Positions 60,533 through 64,000 of a stretch of DNA of 64,000 bases are shown here, one piece after another. The first letter of the stretch is position 1; the number at the start of each line of letters is the position of its first letter. The translations under genes and the position numbers were made by a program. The stretch is from an uncultured Hormoscilla sp. (GTDB lineage Bacteria > Cyanobacteriota > Cyanobacteriia > Cyanobacteriales > Desertifilaceae), in contig OZ001293.3 of NCBI GenBank assembly GCA_963921275.4, positions 1,376,001-1,440,000 of the forward strand, written 5' to 3'. The notes beneath the pieces were generated by a model. That model had not been told where the DNA came from. It did no database searches and saw only the letters and a program-made list of their open reading frames with translations.

Positions 60533-63249
60533 TCAGCACCATCGGTTATAGCAGCTCAAAACTCTCTGGAGTTCCGCTGATCGCTCCTGGGCCTGAACGA
60601 GTAATTTTCCTTGTTGTAGGGCTACTCCCAGCTGCAGGGCAATTTTGCTAGCAAACTCAATTTCTCTGGACTGCCATTGGCGCGGTGCCGAACATTGGTG
60701 AATGCACAGCAGGCACCAAAGCTCATTCCCTTTTAATAAAGGTATAACTAGGTTGGCTCTGTGCGATTCGTTCCGGTATAAGCCAGTATGGTGAAAATCG
60801 GGTCTGGTTCCATTAGCCAGATAACTCTGGTAATCATGGGGGTTAAATTCCCCTCCCCCAGGTGCGGGGGTGACACCGGTCGGAGGTGCTGCGGAGCCAC
60901 ATCACCGTGGTGCTAAGCGAGGACTCAAATGAGGATAGCTGGCAGCCTAAGCTGGCAACTCCACTAGGAAAGAGGCTCATGGTCAGAACAAACAAATCTC
61001 CGTAAGTATCGTTACATAGAACCAGCGAAAAGGCTGATTGCGCTGGCCCAAAAGGGAAAGCAGTTCGCGTATCAATGCTGTGGCCTCATTGATATCGTAC
61101 CCGCTCAGGACTGCCGGTATAGAGGAGAGACCTAAAAGCCTCGCGAAATGATACCAGGGAACGAAGTAACCCTTCGTGTGCTGTCCTAAAGGACCAGTCA
61201 GATGTGAAGCGCAAGCCGCGAGTGGGAAAGATGGCCTAAGAAGCAAATGCCCGGAGTAACGCCTGGGATATGCAGACGTCGGTCGGTGATAGTTGGAAGT
61301 CTTGGGTAAAAGTAGCCCTAAATATGCCTACAGCTCGGGGGAAACCTGTCAGAGATGGATAAGCTCAAGGGGCCAAATCTCATGAGACGAGGGACAACGG
61401 GAGTAATCCCGAAGTTACCTACCAGTGACAAGGACCAACTACCCAGTAGCCGTGTGCGGTGAAAGTCGCATGCACGGTTCCGAACGGGAGGGTTGTCCCG
61501 CGAGGGACAGCTCGACCCCTAATCACCTGAAAACGTGCGAGGATAGCAATATGGCAATCGCTCAGCCGAGCGTCATATATGTCATTGACTGCAAAAAAAT
61601 GACCGCGCTGAGATCTTTGTGCATACTCTTCTCCAAAGCAGTGGTCCTCTACCTTTGCCGCCAGTGCCGAGTCAAACTCTGGCAGCACATCTTCTGAGAC
61701 AATGGAGCCCTCATTCCAGCCCGAGTCTGGCGCGAAGCGAAATACAGCGACTCGATCGGCGTTCAGTAGTTTACGGACTTCTGTCGCTGCGGTTTGGAAA
61801 ATGCGGTCCAGGTTTAAAGTACGGCGAATTTTCTCGATCACCTCTGCTAAAGCTCTCTCCCGCTGAGCTTCTCTGGCTAACTCTTCTGCTCGTTGTCGCA
61901 ATTGAGAATACAGAGCCGTTTCCAGTTCCTCTTTTCGCTGCTCTGTCTGGGCTAGTAATTCCGCTTGTCGGACTGCCACTCCTAGTTGAGCGCTAATTTG
62001 AACTAGTGAAGTTTACCTCGACTTTTTCCCAATGGCGGGGTCCGGAATTTTGAAAAGCTGCTAGCAGTCCCCAGAGCTTTTGACCTTGATAAATCGCCAC
62101 AATGGCATAAGCTCTCCCTTTATAACTTTCTAGGGCCTGAATGTAGCAGGTAGAAAAGCCTGCCTCGTAAATATCATCGCAGACCCGGAACACCTCACCC
62201 CGACTGAAGGAACCTCCTTCAGTCTCTTGCAAGTAGGTATCTGCTATGGGAGAGTTTGCCAAATTTTTCAGGCTACATTCGCTGATGTTCTGGCACAGTT
62301 CTGGATGTTCCAACTGCTCCTGCATGAGAGAAGTCCATCCCGAAGCTACTGACTCCACAACGAATTGGCCACTCCAGTCTGGATGAAAGCGATAGATCGC
62401 CACCCGATCGGCTTTCAGCAGTTGCCTAGCTTCTTCTACCGTTGTCTTGAAAATGATATTGATATCGAGAGACCTGCGAATTTTATCAATGATGGTGGCC
62501 ACTGCTTTTTCTCGTTCTACTGCTTGGGCCACTGCTATTGCCAGTTCCTCTGCATGTCTCCGTTGCCGCGCTAAAGCCTCCGCTTGCTGTACGGCCACAC
62601 CCAAATGACCGGCAATTTGGCCGACAAACTCAATTTCTTTCTCTTGCCATTTGCGGGGCCCCGAACATTGGTGAACCGTCAGCAACCCCCAGAGCATGGG
62701 TGCTGTCCCCACCGCCGTTCCTTTGAGCAGCGGCATCACTAGGTTGGCCCTAAATCCCAACCCTGCTAGGATTGACTTCATGCAATCTTGCATTTCTATT
62801 TCATCGAAGTCGTCAACTACCCAACACCTACCCCGCTGATAATAGATGCCGTACTCTCCTGCAAAACAGCGGTCGCGGATCTTCAGTCCCATAATTGAGT
62901 TATAAGGGGGCCGCACGTCCTCCGAGACAAATTCACCCTCCTCCCAGCTAGAGTCTGGCTCGAACCGATATATTCCTACCCGATCGGCCTCCAGCAGTTG
63001 GCGAACCTCACGGGCTGTTGATTGAAAGATTGTCTCTAGATCCAGGGACTCGCGGATTTTGGCAATTACCGCGAACAGGGCTTTTTGCTGGGCCAGTTCC
63101 AGAATTTGCGGCGATAACTCTGTCTCTAGATATATGACTCTTTTCTTTAGTTCTGATACTTCTTGCTGGAGCGACTCGTAAATGGAAGTTTCTATGGTGA
63201 GATAATTGTCAGAGAACAGATAGGACAAAGCACGCCTTAATTTTTTCAT
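60533..63249 (-). pseudogene. Triple-GAF cyanobacteriochrome-type photoreceptor, broken
   Basis: GAF1 DRCF, GAF2 NISECS..DTYLQET..CY, GAF3 DHCF..CH; frameshift near 61995; antisense intron; no output domain. Confidence 0.8.
60761..61523 (+). ncRNA. ORF-less group II intron, antisense within GAF3
   Basis: GTGCG to GACCCCTAAT with intact domains V/VI; removal restores LARFQV|RANLVIPLL on the minus strand. Confidence 0.93.
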
Positions 63250-63466
63250 TTTTCTTCTTATGGTAAGTTTTTGGGTTACGCATTATCTTAATCCTAACAT
63301 ATCCGCCTCATAGATGTCAATACACCTCCGCTCTGATGCGGTCTATCTCCTCTGCCGGTGGCGAACAGGGGTCACCAATGTTACCCTCGTTACCAGAAAC
63401 GAGTAAGGTGTATTTGTAGCATAAATATGATCTGATACTATTTCTCAAGATATATTATCGTGTGAG

Positions 63467-63917
63467 ATGACGATTCCAGAGTTTGATGAGAATGGTAACC
63501 TGCCACCAGGAGTACATTGGACTGAATGGTCCGAATTTCAAGAGCGATTTGGTACTACACGGAAACGACAACGCATGATAGAAGGGCTCGCTCAAGCAAT
63601 GGAGGAATTAAAAGCCGCTGAAGGTCGAACCATCTATATCAATGGTAGCTTTGTTACTAGCGAACCTAATCCTAATGATTTTGATGCCTGTTGGGACAGA
63701 GACGATGTCGATCTAGAATACCTCAGGACTAATGCTCCCACTTTACTTAACTTGACTGACAAGCGTGCCGCACAGAAAGCTAAGTACAAAGGAGCTTTTT
63801 CCTTCCGATCAGCCAGTAGATAATTATGGTACAATATCGATAGACTTTTTCCAGCGCGACAGATTGCAAAACAAAAAGGGTATTATCGCCATAGACTTCG
63901 TGAGGTGGTCACAATGA
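63467..63917 (+). pseudogene. DUF6932-like nucleotidyltransferase-fold protein, frameshifted near 63795
   Basis: GNLPPGVH, YINGSFVT..PNDFD; the alternative frame continues LFPSDQ...FFQRDR..KKGIIAID. Confidence 0.7.
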
Positions 63918-64000
63918 TCAAGAACGAGCTAGAGTACGAAGTAACCAAAGAGCACAAGCATAATTTTGAGCAAGCATTGGCAGTATTGGAACGAGATGAA
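63914..64000 (+). CDS. Probable partner (HTH-type) protein, partial
   Basis: MIKNELEYEVTK..., ATGA-coupled to the upstream gene; runs off the window. Confidence 0.5.
   Translation, partial: MIKNELEYEVTKEHKHNFEQALAVLERDE

Noticed and set aside
60450..60560. GGDEF C-terminal remnant after the photoreceptor
   Set aside because: Only a vague ADRLY resemblance; insufficient evidence.
52599..61523. Intron-encoded proteins (short ORFs 53481..53663, 60242..60451, 60308..60580, 60983..61246)
   Set aside because: No RT (YADD) or maturase motifs; domain IV regions are too short.

Overview
Cyanobacterial chromosome segment, judged from the dense HIP1 octamer GCGATCGC, the cyanobacterial-type 16S/23S and the CAB-tailed ferrochelatase. 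Housekeeping genes are intact (dacB, ubiD-family, dnaK-dnaJ, recF, argS, nadC, a full rrn operon with tRNA-Ile/tRNA-Ala, hemH, mazG, proA, folB, mutT). Most accessory and signalling genes are broken, which suggests an eroding, possibly host-restricted genome. The most striking feature is a family of ORF-less group II introns (about 0.76-0.9 kb) at five loci. One sits in metH (sense), one in a cyanobacteriochrome gene (antisense), and one is disrupted by an IS982 inserted in its EBS1 stem. An intron-in-intron (twintron) occurs twice. Each member has a different EBS1 loop that pairs with its own 5' exon. The inner twintron intron's EBS1 (GGGAAUU) is perfectly complementary to a site conserved in sister introns, and the outer one's EBS1 (AGCGAUU) matches the HIP1 half-site. 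A 16.4-kb accessory block lies between a truncated rrn promoter/16S stub and the complete rrn operon. It carries a decayed GNAT / 2OG-Fe dioxygenase / guanidinoacetate-methyltransferase-like cluster, an IS607 with a pro-Fanzor-type TnpB, and a pseudogenised metH with a Fur-family box. Also present are a coiled-coil / roadblock-TM-BON-OmpA / Ras-like GTPase operon, a Zn-ribbon-NYN-LOTUS-like protein, and many MITEs and REP-like repeats. All alignments were made by eye; no searches were run.
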